From contig JBAYJK010000002.1 in assembly GCA_041665145.1 (NCBI GenBank), positions 104,339 through 168,338 of the forward strand: a stretch of 64,000 nucleotides of DNA, in the 5' to 3' direction. A program made the translations under genes and the position numbers. Of the stretch, positions 42,322 through 51,832 are shown in pieces (the stretch's first letter is position 1; each line of letters begins with the position of its first letter). The notes under the pieces are model-generated. The model saw nothing but the letters and a program-made list of their open reading frames with translations, ran no database searches and was not told where the DNA came from. Origin of the DNA: Patescibacteria group bacterium. GTDB taxonomy: Bacteria; Patescibacteriota; Microgenomatia; UBA1406.

Positions 42322-44427
42322 ATGTCGAAACGTCGTGCGTTTATTGCAATCCCGGTTATAATATTCGGAACACTTGTCGTGACAACTCTCGTTCTTTTAA
42401 CCTCTAAAGGTACCAAAAGCAGATTCGCCTTTCTTACCCGTGCGCAGGTTGCCTGCGATGACCCGAATTGGGCATGCGGACCGGAATGTGCCCCAGCTAC
42501 AGTACGCAAGATCTTCACTGATACGTGGGGTGCTGCTAATGCGGCAGCTCAATGGCGAACAGAGGCAGCCAAGGTATACGGAAGCTGTACCAATGCCGCA
42601 GCTCCAACACTGGCGCCACAATGTTCGGCAAATAAATTAAACCAAGCTGGAGCCTGTGACCCGGCGTGCTGCGAAACCGGAAGCGATTGTAATGGCGAAG
42701 GACAATCAGGCCAAAAGTGCAATCAGACCAACGGATATTGCAAAACAGGAAAATCCTGTGGTACTGGAACTGTCGACTTGCCACCTCAAACCCCCACGAA
42801 CTCAGCACCTCCAACTGGTGGCGGTGGCGCTTCACCGACACCAAAGGCTGGAAGCCCAAGCGGAGCAGCTGCAAATCCGAACGGAACACCTGCAGGCAAC
42901 TGTTTCGAATACTCAAGCGTCGCTGCCTGCACAACAAATTGCACAACAGCTCATTCGGGATTCAATTGTTATTCCACAAAATTCTGCTGTCCAAAAGCCC
43001 CGGATACTTATACCATCGACGTTAAAATCAACGCTTCGACTACCAATTGTAGTGGAAAGGAAATATTTTCTGTCGGAACTGGAAAATTTTCAAATTCAAA
43101 CCGCACAGGAACATACACCAATTATGCAGGAGAGAATTTCTCAGATCATGGACTGACAAACAGCGTGAGTAGTTACTCGTACACAGTTAAAACCGACGGA
43201 TCTTTTTCCGTGCCCGCAACTGCTTTTATGAATATTCGCAATATTTCAAACGGACAGGATGCCGTAACAATATATAGTCCCGATGATTCTCCAATCGCAA
43301 TAGACAAAACTACATATAAAGGATCACGGACATATAATGTTGCTTATGATTGTAACGCCGCCAGCACCCCGGTTAATATTCGCGCCCAAGTTAATTACAG
43401 TACCGAGCAATGTGGTAATGATGTAGTTTTAAACCTGATAAAGATATCTGACGCTACAAGTCATGTGGCATACTTTTATGAGGAATACCCACGAGGGGCA
43501 AGAGGTCCGAGCGGAACGGCAATATATAAGCTGGACACATTGGATGCAAGCGCACTTGGAAAAAGCGTCGTTGCATCCGTGGTATTCTGGGATACAGCAG
43601 GCAATTTGTACTACGCAGAATCCAATACAACAAGCATCACAAGTGTACAAGACCTACTGGTGTTAAATGCAAAACATACCTGTTCGACTAGTAAACCAGG
43701 CGCCGACATTCCTTTTACTACAACGATTAAGGGAAAGCTAACGGATATCGGAACTCATAAAAATCTTGGTTTATTACTAAGTACCTTTGATGACATCAAA
43801 GAAGCAGACAAGAATATTACGAGGTTAGGGTGTAAATCAACTGTTAACCCCAACATATCTAGTGATGGCTCATTCACCTATACTTATACAATTCCCTTAT
43901 CGACTACCTGCAATGCAGCGACAATAGTACCCAATTTTCAAAGTGATTGGACCTTTGATTGTGTGCTAAATATCAACGCGGATAATCAGTACATTAAAGA
44001 CACCGGTAAGATGCGTTGTTCGCTTACGTCCGTTGCAGACGCGGGTACAATTTCACTTTCCGGTGCCGCTCCTGCCGCGCCCGCTGCCCCGACAAAACTT
44101 AACTCTATCCATTTTAAAGTTACTGTTGAAAATCTGACAAACTGCTCTACATATAAAACATACAAAATAGGTCTCCTTAATGAGAATGATGATACTAAAA
44201 CATGTGTTGGGCCAGTTCACATGCCGCCCTACAGTTTTCCTGCAGATGGTGTGGAATGCACAATGGATACTTCCAAACTTACGGATAAAATCACAGTAAT
44301 GCCGGTTGTTAACACAGTCAATGCGCTTGATAAACTTTTTGTACTAGGAACAATCTCACGCGACTATTCGCTGACAGACCCAGCTAATAAAGATGTTATT
44401 ATAGAAATGGTCGGAGTATGTCCATGA
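42322..44427 (+). CDS. Membrane-anchored or secreted Cys-rich protein, unknown function
   Basis: N-terminal anchor AFIAIPVIIFGTLVVTTLVLL. Cys-rich module CDPACCETGSDCNGEGQSGQKCNQTNGYCKTGKSCG. G/P/T low-complexity linker. Large beta-rich remainder. Confidence 0.55.
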   Translation: MSKRRAFIAIPVIIFGTLVVTTLVLLTSKGTKSRFAFLTRAQVACDDPNWACGPECAPATVRKIFTDTWGAANAAAQWRTEAAKVYGSCTNAAAPTLAPQCSANKLNQAGACDPACCETGSDCNGEGQSGQKCNQTNGYCKTGKSCGTGTVDLPPQTPTNSAPPTGGGGASPTPKAGSPSGAAANPNGTPAGNCFEYSSVAACTTNCTTAHSGFNCYSTKFCCPKAPDTYTIDVKINASTTNCSGKEIFSVGTGKFSNSNRTGTYTNYAGENFSDHGLTNSVSSYSYTVKTDGSFSVPATAFMNIRNISNGQDAVTIYSPDDSPIAIDKTTYKGSRTYNVAYDCNAASTPVNIRAQVNYSTEQCGNDVVLNLIKISDATSHVAYFYEEYPRGARGPSGTAIYKLDTLDASALGKSVVASVVFWDTAGNLYYAESNTTSITSVQDLLVLNAKHTCSTSKPGADIPFTTTIKGKLTDIGTHKNLGLLLSTFDDIKEADKNITRLGCKSTVNPNISSDGSFTYTYTIPLSTTCNAATIVPNFQSDWTFDCVLNINADNQYIKDTGKMRCSLTSVADAGTISLSGAAPAAPAAPTKLNSIHFKVTVENLTNCSTYKTYKIGLLNENDDTKTCVGPVHMPPYSFPADGVECTMDTSKLTDKITVMPVVNTVNALDKLFVLGTISRDYSLTDPANKDVIIEMVGVCP

Positions 44428-44843
44428 AAAAAAAATTATTTGTCAAAGTAATGCTAGCGCTTGTTGCAACCTTATTTACTGTGCAGTTTTTAAGTAAGTC
44501 GGTTTTTTTGGGGAACGGTCCACAGATTCGACCAGACGCTGGAAGTGCTGTAACTATGGTATTAAGTGGGTTTATAGACAGCGTCACTATTCCTTTAGCA
44601 CGTTTGTTTAATGCTTCCTCAACCACGTCCGCAGACCAAAAATTGGCTAATTCAGAGTTAAAGAAGATTACCACAGGGGTGTATGCAAAAGATGCTGGAA
44701 ACGCCACATATATAGAACTTCGTGAGGGGGAAGTTGTATGGAGAGAGTATGAGACTACCGTAGACGGTAAAAAAGTAACAGTGAAAATAGTAGATGGAAC
44801 TAACGCTCCAAGTCAGACAGCACTTGAAAATTTTCTTAAATAA
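44418..44843 (+). CDS. Small secreted protein
   Basis: 141 aa. Signal-like MSMKKKLFVKVMLALVATLFTV. Overlaps the preceding gene by 10 nt. Confidence 0.5.
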   Translation: MSMKKKLFVKVMLALVATLFTVQFLSKSVFLGNGPQIRPDAGSAVTMVLSGFIDSVTIPLARLFNASSTTSADQKLANSELKKITTGVYAKDAGNATYIELREGEVVWREYETTVDGKKVTVKIVDGTNAPSQTALENFLK

Positions 44844-44849
44844 CCATAT

Positions 44850-45146
44850 ATGAAACTCGGACCATTTTACTTTGATACAAAAGAAGTATTTCTCGTAATA
44901 TTAATCGCCTTCCTGGGAGCGACATTTTATTTCCAATGGAATATCCCCTATTTTGATGAACAGAAATTGCTGCTCTTGACCGTTCTAATTCTTTTGATAA
45001 AAGGATTATTGCCGGCTATTCACAACGAAAGCTTTATGGTATTCGTACTTCTGACGGTATTTATGAGTCTATACCTTGAACTGTTTCCATTACTTTTGTT
45101 CTTCTTTATCGGGTTGGGATTCTTCAAACTGCTGAGAATAATATAG
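44850..45146 (+). CDS. Small three-helix membrane protein
   Basis: 98 aa, strongly hydrophobic. Confidence 0.45.
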   Translation: MKLGPFYFDTKEVFLVILIAFLGATFYFQWNIPYFDEQKLLLLTVLILLIKGLLPAIHNESFMVFVLLTVFMSLYLELFPLLLFFFIGLGFFKLLRII

Positions 45147-45288
45147 ATAAAATTTCTAGTTGCTAATTACCAGTTTCTATTGAGCTTCTAGGTACTATTT
45201 TCTATTTGGCGACGTTTAGAAACTATTGATTAGAAACTAGTACTTCAATAGAAACTATAAACTAGAAATTAGTAACTGATTCAGAGTA
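45147..45288. repeat. Hairpin spacer, AGTTTCTATTGA / TCAATAGAAACT family
   Basis: agtttctattga at 45172-45183 pairs with tcaatagaaact at 45245-45256. Lies between convergent genes. Confidence 0.65.
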
Positions 45289-45855
45289 TTATGAATTTTC
45301 TCTTCCCGAATAGCTTCCGTCTTCCGGATTTATTTTGATCTTCTCACCTTTTTTAATAAAAAGCGGAACCATTACTTTCACACCTGTTTCAAGTGTAACT
45401 TGTTTTTTGGCATTTGTTGCCGTGTCACCTCGATCGGCCGCATCCGCTTCGGTCACCGTAAGCGTGACACTCATCGGAGGCCGGGCACCAACTGGTTTAT
45501 CATCAAGCATAAGGACATACATTGCCTGACCCTCTTTCAAGAAATCTGCCGCAGAGCCGACTAAGTCGCGCAATACTTCGTATTCCTCAAAGGTCTGGTC
45601 GTGCATAAAATGCAATGTTTCAGAGTCACCGAATAAAAACTGCACGGGAACAGCGTCAACTGTCAGTACTTCAACGTCATCGTTCGAAGTAAAGACCTGT
45701 GCAAGACTTTTATCTTTTGTGATACCTTTAAGGAAAGTTCGAACAACAGTACGTCCTTTTCCTGGATGATAAAACTCAACAGTACTTACCTGGTAAATAT
45801 CATCTCGAAATTTGATATAGTCCTTTTTTTTAAGGTTAGCAGCGGTTGTGTTCAT
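45289..45855 (-). CDS. efp: Translation elongation factor P
   Basis: 188 aa. YHPGKGRTVVRTFLKG loop with the modifiable Lys. Typical three-domain length. Confidence 0.85.
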   Translation of the reverse strand: MNTTAANLKKKDYIKFRDDIYQVSTVEFYHPGKGRTVVRTFLKGITKDKSLAQVFTSNDDVEVLTVDAVPVQFLFGDSETLHFMHDQTFEEYEVLRDLVGSAADFLKEGQAMYVLMLDDKPVGARPPMSVTLTVTEADAADRGDTATNAKKQVTLETGVKVMVPLFIKKGEKIKINPEDGSYSGRENS

Positions 45856-46010
45856 AATAGCAATTTAAAATTCAAAATTTGAAATTTAAAATCAATTCAA
45901 AATTCTTAATTTGAAATTCTAAAACTTCACGGAAAATATTCATCAGGAATTCAGAATTGACTAGAAATTTTGAATTTCGAATTTCGAATTAAATTTTTGC
46001 TTCAGCGAAA
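45856..46010. repeat. Hairpin spacer (AAATTCAAAAT family) between the 16S trailer and efp
   Basis: aatttaaaattcaaaatttgaaatttaaaatcaattcaaaattc .. gaaattttgaatttcgaatttcgaattaaattt. Confidence 0.5.
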
Positions 46011-46012
46011 AT

Positions 46013-46045
46013 TTTAGATAATCTTTAAAGCGCAAAGTGCATTGA
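46013..46045 (-). other. 16S trailer half of a leader-trailer processing stem
   Basis: Plus-strand tttagataatctttaaagcgcaaagtgcattga is the near reverse complement of 47848-47881. The mismatches are transitions or one indel. Confidence 0.55.
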
Positions 46046-46111
46046 TAAGTTACATCCTTTTATATTTACGTTCCTCCAACCGGAGGATATTCTACTTTTA
46101 ATAAAAAAATA

Positions 46112-47762
46112 GAAAGGAGATGATCCAGCCGCTCCTTCCAGAACGGCTACCTTGTTACGACTTAGTCCCCATCGCTACATTCACCCTAGTTCCCCGTTAT
46201 TGGGGCTTTTTAAGTGCCTGTAACTTTGGTGGCTTGACGGGCGGTGAGTGCAAGACCCAAGAACGTATTCACCGCGGTGTAGCTGACCCGCGATTACTAC
46301 GAATTCCGCGTTCATGAGGGCGAATTTCAGCCCTCAATCCCCACTGAGAATAGATTTCAGCGATTTGCATCTTCTTACGAAGTCGCTAAGCGCGTTGTTG
46401 CTACTCATTGTAACATGTGTGCAGCCCAGGGTATAAGCGACATGATGACTTGACGTCCGCCTCTCCTTCCTCCTCGACGATAGTCGAGGCAGTCTCCTGA
46501 GACACTTGTAACTCAGGATAAGGGTTGCGCTCGTTGTCCCACTTAAGGGCACTCCTCACGGAACGAGCTGACGACAGCCATGCACCAGCTGTTCCAACCT
46601 TCTTGCGAATTTCTCCCGTTTCCGGGAAATAGGACGTTGGAATGTCAAACCCTGGTGAGGTTCTTCGGTTCGTGTCGAATTGAGCCACATGTTCCACTCG
46701 TTGTGTGGGTCCCCGCCTATTCATTTGAGTTTTAACCTTGCGGTCGTACTTCCCAGGCGGTCTGCTTAATGCGTAAGCTTGCGCCCCTCCCTTCCCGATA
46801 AATCGGGAAAAGAAGAACTAGCAGACATGCGTTTAAGGCTAGGACTACAGGGGTCTCTAATCCCTTTCGCTCCCCTAGCTTTCGAGCCTCAGCGTCAGTC
46901 GATTTCCAGGAAGTTGCCTTCGCCATTGGTATTCCATTCTTTATCAACGCATTTTACCGCTACAAAGAATGTTCTACTTCCCTGAAAAGAACTCTAGGCT
47001 GGTAGTATTGCACCCGACTCCTCGTTGAGCGAGGAGATTTTAAGCACAACTTACCAGTCCGCCTACGCGTCCCTTTACGCCCAATAAAACCGGATAATGC
47101 TTGTGGCCTACGTTTGACCGATGCTTCTGGCACGTAGTTTGCAGCCACTTTCTAGCGAGGTACCGTCAAATCCTTGCGGACCTTCTTCCCTCGCCACAGC
47201 GGTTTACGACCCTAAGGCCTTCTTCCCGCACGCGGTGTCGCTGCGTCAGGCTTTCGCCCATTGCGCAATATTCTTGGTTGCTGCCTCCCGTAGGAGTGGG
47301 GGCCGTATCTCAGTCCCCCTCTGGCTGTCCGTCCTCCAAGACCAGCTACCCGTCATAGGTTTGGTAAGCCGTTACCTCACCAACTGCCTGATAGGCCGCA
47401 GGCCCCTCCCATAGTGAGCAGTTACGCCCTTTCTTCTTACGAACGTATGGAGTATTACCCCGTCTTTCGACGAGCTATCCTCCGCTACGGGGTAGGTTCC
47501 CACGTGTTACTCAGCCGTCCGCCGCTGGAATCATAGACAGCACATAGGAAATAAACTCAAAATTCAAATCCACAAAAATCAAATCAAACTCAAATAACAA
47601 ATGTTTGAAGTTTCAAACATTGAGATTTTGAATTTGAATTGTGGATTTGTTATTTGTCATTTGAATTTTATTCACTGTGTGCTGTCCACAAAACCCGCTC
47701 GACTTGCATACCTAAGACACACCGCCAGCATTTATCCTGAGCCATGATCAAACTCTTAAATA
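46112..47762 (-). rRNA. 16S rRNA gene with about 110-130-nt insertion in the V1 helix; not followed by 23S
   Basis: 5' AGAGTTTGATCATGGCTCAG. 3' GTCGTAACAAGGTAGCCG..GGATCATCTCCTTTCT. Conserved blocks are present throughout. efp follows about 250 nt downstream. Confidence 0.9.
47535..47687 (-). other. Intervening-sequence-like extension of 16S helix 6 (V1)
   Basis: Base stem acagcaca(c)ag / ct(a)tgtgctgt encloses a CAAAATT-family hairpin. 36/39 identity to the intergenic copy at 1153-1191. Confidence 0.6.
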
Positions 47763-47847
47763 TGTGAATAGATTTTTGAGGTCTAATCGTTATATTAGAG
47801 TAGAAATTTGCTTTTATTATAAGTACAAAATGAATAGATGAACCGTC

Positions 47848-47881
47848 TCAATGCGCCTTGCGCTTTGAGAGACTATCTAAA
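47848..47881 (-). other. 16S leader half of a leader-trailer processing stem
   Basis: Plus-strand tcaatgcgccttgcgctttgagagactatctaaa. Pairs with 46013-46045 to bracket the 16S, like an RNase III stem. Confidence 0.55.
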
Positions 47882-48058
47882 GCCGGTTCTCGATTAAATC
47901 GAGACCGTGCTTTATACTCGATCGCAATGCGATCGGTATAATTTGCTGTCTGACTTTTTAACGAGCTTTGTTTTCCTTCCACAAACGAAGAAAAATCGGA
48001 TACTGTCTATTCTATAGTGAATAAGATGAAAAATCAAGTGGATTATATTCCTGGTGGA

Positions 48059-49210
48059 TTATAGAATCATCGCGGCAACAGCGCCGTTTCCTGCGGCCTC
48101 AACAGCAAATTTCACCTCTGCTATCTCAGTTTGCAATTTGGCAAGTGCCCAATCTTTGATAATATCAAATCCCTGTGACACTCCTTGCCGGCGATCAATC
48201 TCAGCATGTAGTTCAGCCGCACGTGCTGTACCCGTATGCATCATATATAAGGAATTTAAGAGCGAAATGTTAGTCGACCACAAATCGAAATCAGCCTTCG
48301 TCCGTGCCTTTACCCAGTCGGCCCGTTGCTTAGAGTCTGTCGGTTCCGGTTTATCTTTAATCGCTTTCGCAGCATCTATTTGTGTCTTGCGTTCTGCCTT
48401 GAGCTTTTCTATCTTATCAGGGAGTTCAATTAAGGACTGTTCCAATGCATCTACCTCCGCTATTTTATCCCGTATGTCGTTTGCCCGTTCAAGGAACAGT
48501 CGGAATATGGCGCTTTTTTGATCCGGTCCTGCAGCATTCATTTTATCCATTTGATCCATAACCGTTCTCGCAAAATCCACTCGAAGTTGGGTACGTGATG
48601 TTTCGGATATTGTCTGAGCATATTCCTGTATTGCATCATGTAAGTCCTTTTTTCCTTCCTGAACATCTTTAAGAAGCTTATCTTGACGTGCTTTCGGGTC
48701 AAGTGGGGCCTCTGCTGCCGGTTGGGCACCTTCTGCTTTACTTGCAGCTTCAGCACCCTTAGTTTCCCCAGCTGCTGCCGGTTTTGTTTCAGCCGTAGGG
48801 GTTCCATGTTGTTTATCCTGTTCAGTATCTACTGATTTAGATCCTCCTGACAGTCTCCCGTCAACTGCCGCAGTTGACGTTGGCATCTCCGAAGTCTTGG
48901 GAGCAGCTGCGGTTACTGTTGGTCCCTCAGGTGCCGTTGCTGTCATTTGGCCCGTTGGAATTTCGGCAGATGGCACAGGTCCAGAGACCGATGCGCTCGC
49001 ATCTAACGGTTTTCCTTCTAGGGTGAATGAGGAGGTATCCGGAAGCTTAGCCAATGCATCTATTGCCGGCCCTACGGTTGCCGTATTTTCCGTCAATGTA
49101 GCAATTCTTTCTCCCACTTGAGCCACAGGAGAAACCGGCGCTTCTGCCCGCGCTGGCATCCCAGACTGCCGCATTTGTTCTGTACCCGCCGGAGATTTTG
49201 TTTCTGCCAT
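48059..49210 (-). CDS. Hypothetical protein: Ala/Pro/Thr-rich N-terminal half, helical C-terminal half
   Basis: 383 aa. TAATG-coupled to the upstream 115-aa gene. Short hydrophobic C-terminus AGNGAVAAMIL. Confidence 0.55.
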   Translation of the reverse strand: MAETKSPAGTEQMRQSGMPARAEAPVSPVAQVGERIATLTENTATVGPAIDALAKLPDTSSFTLEGKPLDASASVSGPVPSAEIPTGQMTATAPEGPTVTAAAPKTSEMPTSTAAVDGRLSGGSKSVDTEQDKQHGTPTAETKPAAAGETKGAEAASKAEGAQPAAEAPLDPKARQDKLLKDVQEGKKDLHDAIQEYAQTISETSRTQLRVDFARTVMDQMDKMNAAGPDQKSAIFRLFLERANDIRDKIAEVDALEQSLIELPDKIEKLKAERKTQIDAAKAIKDKPEPTDSKQRADWVKARTKADFDLWSTNISLLNSLYMMHTGTARAAELHAEIDRRQGVSQGFDIIKDWALAKLQTEIAEVKFAVEAAGNGAVAAMIL

Positions 49211-49557
49211 TATTCTTGTTTCTGATTATGCTTTTCAGCAACTTCTAGCGCAGCATCAATATCGTGATCTTTCATATATTGCTGCATCTTGCCGATAACT
49301 ACGTTTAATTTTTTCTCGTTGTGATATGAATCAAGATACTCTTTCAGTGTAGCAAAAAGAGGAAATTTTGCTACATAAGCTGCAATTTTCTGTTGAGCAT
49401 CTGTGACAGACCCAAATGGCTCAAGCGCACGAAATTCCTGTGCCGTTGTTTTGGCAAAAGCAAGCGTTACGGCATTGTCTTTCATCGCCTGCGCAATCGT
49501 TTTAAGATACAAGTATTCGATTTTATCCGTCAGCTCTTTGAGTTCATTATTATTCAT
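49210..49557 (-). CDS. Small helical protein (115 aa)
   Basis: Same size class and coupling style as the small proteins at 22.4-34.6 kb. No clear sequence similarity to them. Confidence 0.5.
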   Translation of the reverse strand: MNNNELKELTDKIEYLYLKTIAQAMKDNAVTLAFAKTTAQEFRALEPFGSVTDAQQKIAAYVAKFPLFATLKEYLDSYHNEKKLNVVIGKMQQYMKDHDIDAALEVAEKHNQKQE

Positions 49558-49646
49558 AGTCTTATTTCTTATTTCTTATTACTTGCTACTTATTACTTTC
49601 CTTTATACCTTCTACTTTCTACTTTTTACTTTTATAAGTATGTTAC
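49558..49646. repeat. One-armed tandem heptamer block
   Basis: cttattt cttattt cttatta cttgcta cttatta ctttcct ttatacc ttctact ttctact ttttact, with a strict 7-nt period. Confidence 0.55.
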
Positions 49647-50714
49647 TTATATTTTCCCAAATCTTATCCCGACTTTTTCCATAATATCCTGATGCTCAAT
49701 AAGAAAACCGAGTCCTCGGATAACACTATATTCAGGTTCTTGTGCTACAACAATGTCCATACCGAGCTCTTTATGCAGATAGGTATCAAAGTCCACAAAA
49801 TTGGCGGACATACCGGTCAACATAATTCCCTTCTTTTTAATATCATTCAGAAGCTCCGGCGGTGTTTCTTCAATCGCTTCCTTGATAGCTTCAATGATCT
49901 GTCCGAAAAATGGGTACAAAGGTTCGAATAGTAAATGCACTTTGGTGGAAATAGTTTTTGGCATACCCGTTTCGATGCTTCGACCGCTTATTTCTACTAC
50001 GTCATCTTGACTGTGAAGAATAGATCCGAGACTCAGCTTTATCTGTTCGGCTGTTTTTTCACCAATAAGCACCCCGTACCGAAGACGCACATAATTGATT
50101 AACCCGTCATTAAAATCTTTGCCACCGATCTTCAATACTTTGTACAAAACCACCCCGCCGAGTGATACGACTGAAACTTCGGTAGTACCTCCACCGATAT
50201 CAACCATCAAGCTCCCACTGTTTTCAAGAACCGGTGCTTTCAATCCGAACCCTGCAGCAAGCGGTGTCTCGACAAGAAAAACGTGGCGTGCTCCGACTTT
50301 TTTTCCTACTTCCACGATCGCCATTTCCTCAACCTCGGTTAAACCAAGCGGAACCGCAAACAAAGCATCAAATCTGCTGAACAAGCTGGTATGCTGATAC
50401 GGGTCAAGTGCCCGATGAATAGCTTTTTGCAAAATATATACTATCCCGTCAAAATCACTCACCCGTCCCCGTTCAATCGGATCAAATACTTTAAGATTCG
50501 GCGGAGTCTTGCCGAGCATATCATATGCTTCATCACCAAAAACAATAAAGTCTTTCGTTTTTGTGTTCTGGACTTCATACATTTTCTCTTTTAACACAAT
50601 TCCCCGCTCTTTCAGGTAAATCCGCAGTTGTTCACTACCGATATCAATCCCCAAAAACGGAGGACTGCTAACAAATTCCGAGATCCATTTCTGGATGTTG
50701 TTAAAAAAATCCAT
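49647..50714 (-). CDS. mreB: Rod-shape protein MreB (actin-like ATPase)
   Basis: LGIDIGSEQLRIY, DIGGGTTEVSVVSLGGVV, IMLTGMSANF. Start set at the ATG at 50714 (the ORF extends to 50765). Confidence 0.85.
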   Translation of the reverse strand: MDFFNNIQKWISEFVSSPPFLGIDIGSEQLRIYLKERGIVLKEKMYEVQNTKTKDFIVFGDEAYDMLGKTPPNLKVFDPIERGRVSDFDGIVYILQKAIHRALDPYQHTSLFSRFDALFAVPLGLTEVEEMAIVEVGKKVGARHVFLVETPLAAGFGLKAPVLENSGSLMVDIGGGTTEVSVVSLGGVVLYKVLKIGGKDFNDGLINYVRLRYGVLIGEKTAEQIKLSLGSILHSQDDVVEISGRSIETGMPKTISTKVHLLFEPLYPFFGQIIEAIKEAIEETPPELLNDIKKKGIMLTGMSANFVDFDTYLHKELGMDIVVAQEPEYSVIRGLGFLIEHQDIMEKVGIRFGKI

Positions 50715-50794
50715 CTGAGGAACCATACGTCTGCGCATGTAACTAGTATATACAAAATTGAACAAGGGATTTGTAAATTAGTTACAATAAATAC

Positions 50795-51826
50795 ATGTTT
50801 CGAGTGAGGTTTTTTATAGCTCTCTTTTTTTGTTTATTCCTCTTAATCGGATATGTTCCTAAAGTGTTTGCCGGTCCATGTGCATATCACTGTTCAGGAA
50901 CATTGTGTGTACCCGGAGGTAATGACCCTCCAGATTCTTGTACTAACAACTGCGCAGATTGTGGTGGTGGTGGTGGTGGCGGCGGTAGCAATCCCAAAGG
51001 TTATTTTGACCTTGCTACCTGTACTGTTCTACAGGGTTGGACCTGTGATCCGGACAATTACGGTACGGCTTTAACGGTAAAAGTATACAAAAACGGACCC
51101 GCCGGCACGGGAGTTTTGGTCGGGCAAGCTACAGCTAACGGAAATCGGCCTGATGTCTCCGGGGAATGCAATGGAACAACTCTCCATGGTTTCTCAATCA
51201 CCACTTTTCCCGGTTTGTTTGATGGAGTATCTCATTCAATGTATGTGTATGGAATAAATACGGGTGGCGGGTCAGATTCTTTACTCAATAATTCGCCCAA
51301 AACAATCAGTTGCGCAGCGCCTACACCCACAAAAACTCCCACTCCCCTACCTCCGACACGCACACCAACTCCTCAACCGCCAACAGCCACTCCTATTCCA
51401 CCCACAGCAACCCCAATTCTTGGTGGCGACGTATGTGACTCTTGTGGATGGTGTCAAAACGGGCCGACACCGGGAAACTGGCCATCCTGTCAGCGCTGCA
51501 TGTACCCCACGCTTTCCGCAAATACCTTTATTGCTACTCCCGACCCGGGTTACGCATTTACCGTTTTTGGCTGTGTCCAAACAACGTCAGGTGGTTTTAC
51601 TAATTTCTTCATTAACTTTGCCACATCCGTTATTGCCGGACTCGGTTTTCTGGGGATGCTGTATGGTGCCGTAAAAGTAATGCTTGCCCGTGGAGACCCC
51701 GCAGCACTCACTGAAGGAAAGCGTTATATTTATGGCTCTATTCTTTCAGTTTTAGTAGTGCTTTTTTCTGTATTTATCGTTAAAATAGTTGGTGGCACAA
51801 TACTTAAAATACCGTTTATGCAATAA
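50795..51826 (+). CDS. Secreted Cys-rich protein with poly-Gly, PT linker and C-terminal two-helix pilin-like (TrbC/VirB2-type) domain
   Basis: Signal peptide. GGGGGGGG. PTPTKTPTPLPPTRTPTPQPPTATPIPPTATP. C-terminus FINFATSVIAGLGFLGMLYGAVKVMLARGDPAALTEGKRYIYGSILSVLVVLFSVFIV. Confidence 0.4.
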   Translation: MFRVRFFIALFFCLFLLIGYVPKVFAGPCAYHCSGTLCVPGGNDPPDSCTNNCADCGGGGGGGGSNPKGYFDLATCTVLQGWTCDPDNYGTALTVKVYKNGPAGTGVLVGQATANGNRPDVSGECNGTTLHGFSITTFPGLFDGVSHSMYVYGINTGGGSDSLLNNSPKTISCAAPTPTKTPTPLPPTRTPTPQPPTATPIPPTATPILGGDVCDSCGWCQNGPTPGNWPSCQRCMYPTLSANTFIATPDPGYAFTVFGCVQTTSGGFTNFFINFATSVIAGLGFLGMLYGAVKVMLARGDPAALTEGKRYIYGSILSVLVVLFSVFIVKIVGGTILKIPFMQ

Positions 51827-51832
51827 TATATT

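Noticed and set aside
46120-47414. Seven ORF-track entries (for example 46120..46317, 46401..46724, 47121..47414) on both strands
   Set aside because: They lie entirely inside the 16S rRNA gene. They are translation artefacts of a structured, conserved RNA gene.
47882-48058. A specific 16S promoter call (for example TTGATT-15-TATAGA, or TATAAT at 48044-48049)
   Set aside because: Spacer lengths or -35 matches are poor for every candidate I could read. The region also contains two palindromes (cgatcgca-t-tgcgatcg, tctcgat-tta-atcgaga) of unknown role. The call is left open.
50960-50983. (GGT)5(GGC)2GGT tract as an on/off phase-variation switch
   Set aside because: The unit is a triplet, so slippage changes only the poly-Gly length and cannot frameshift the gene. 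It may vary in length but is not a switch.
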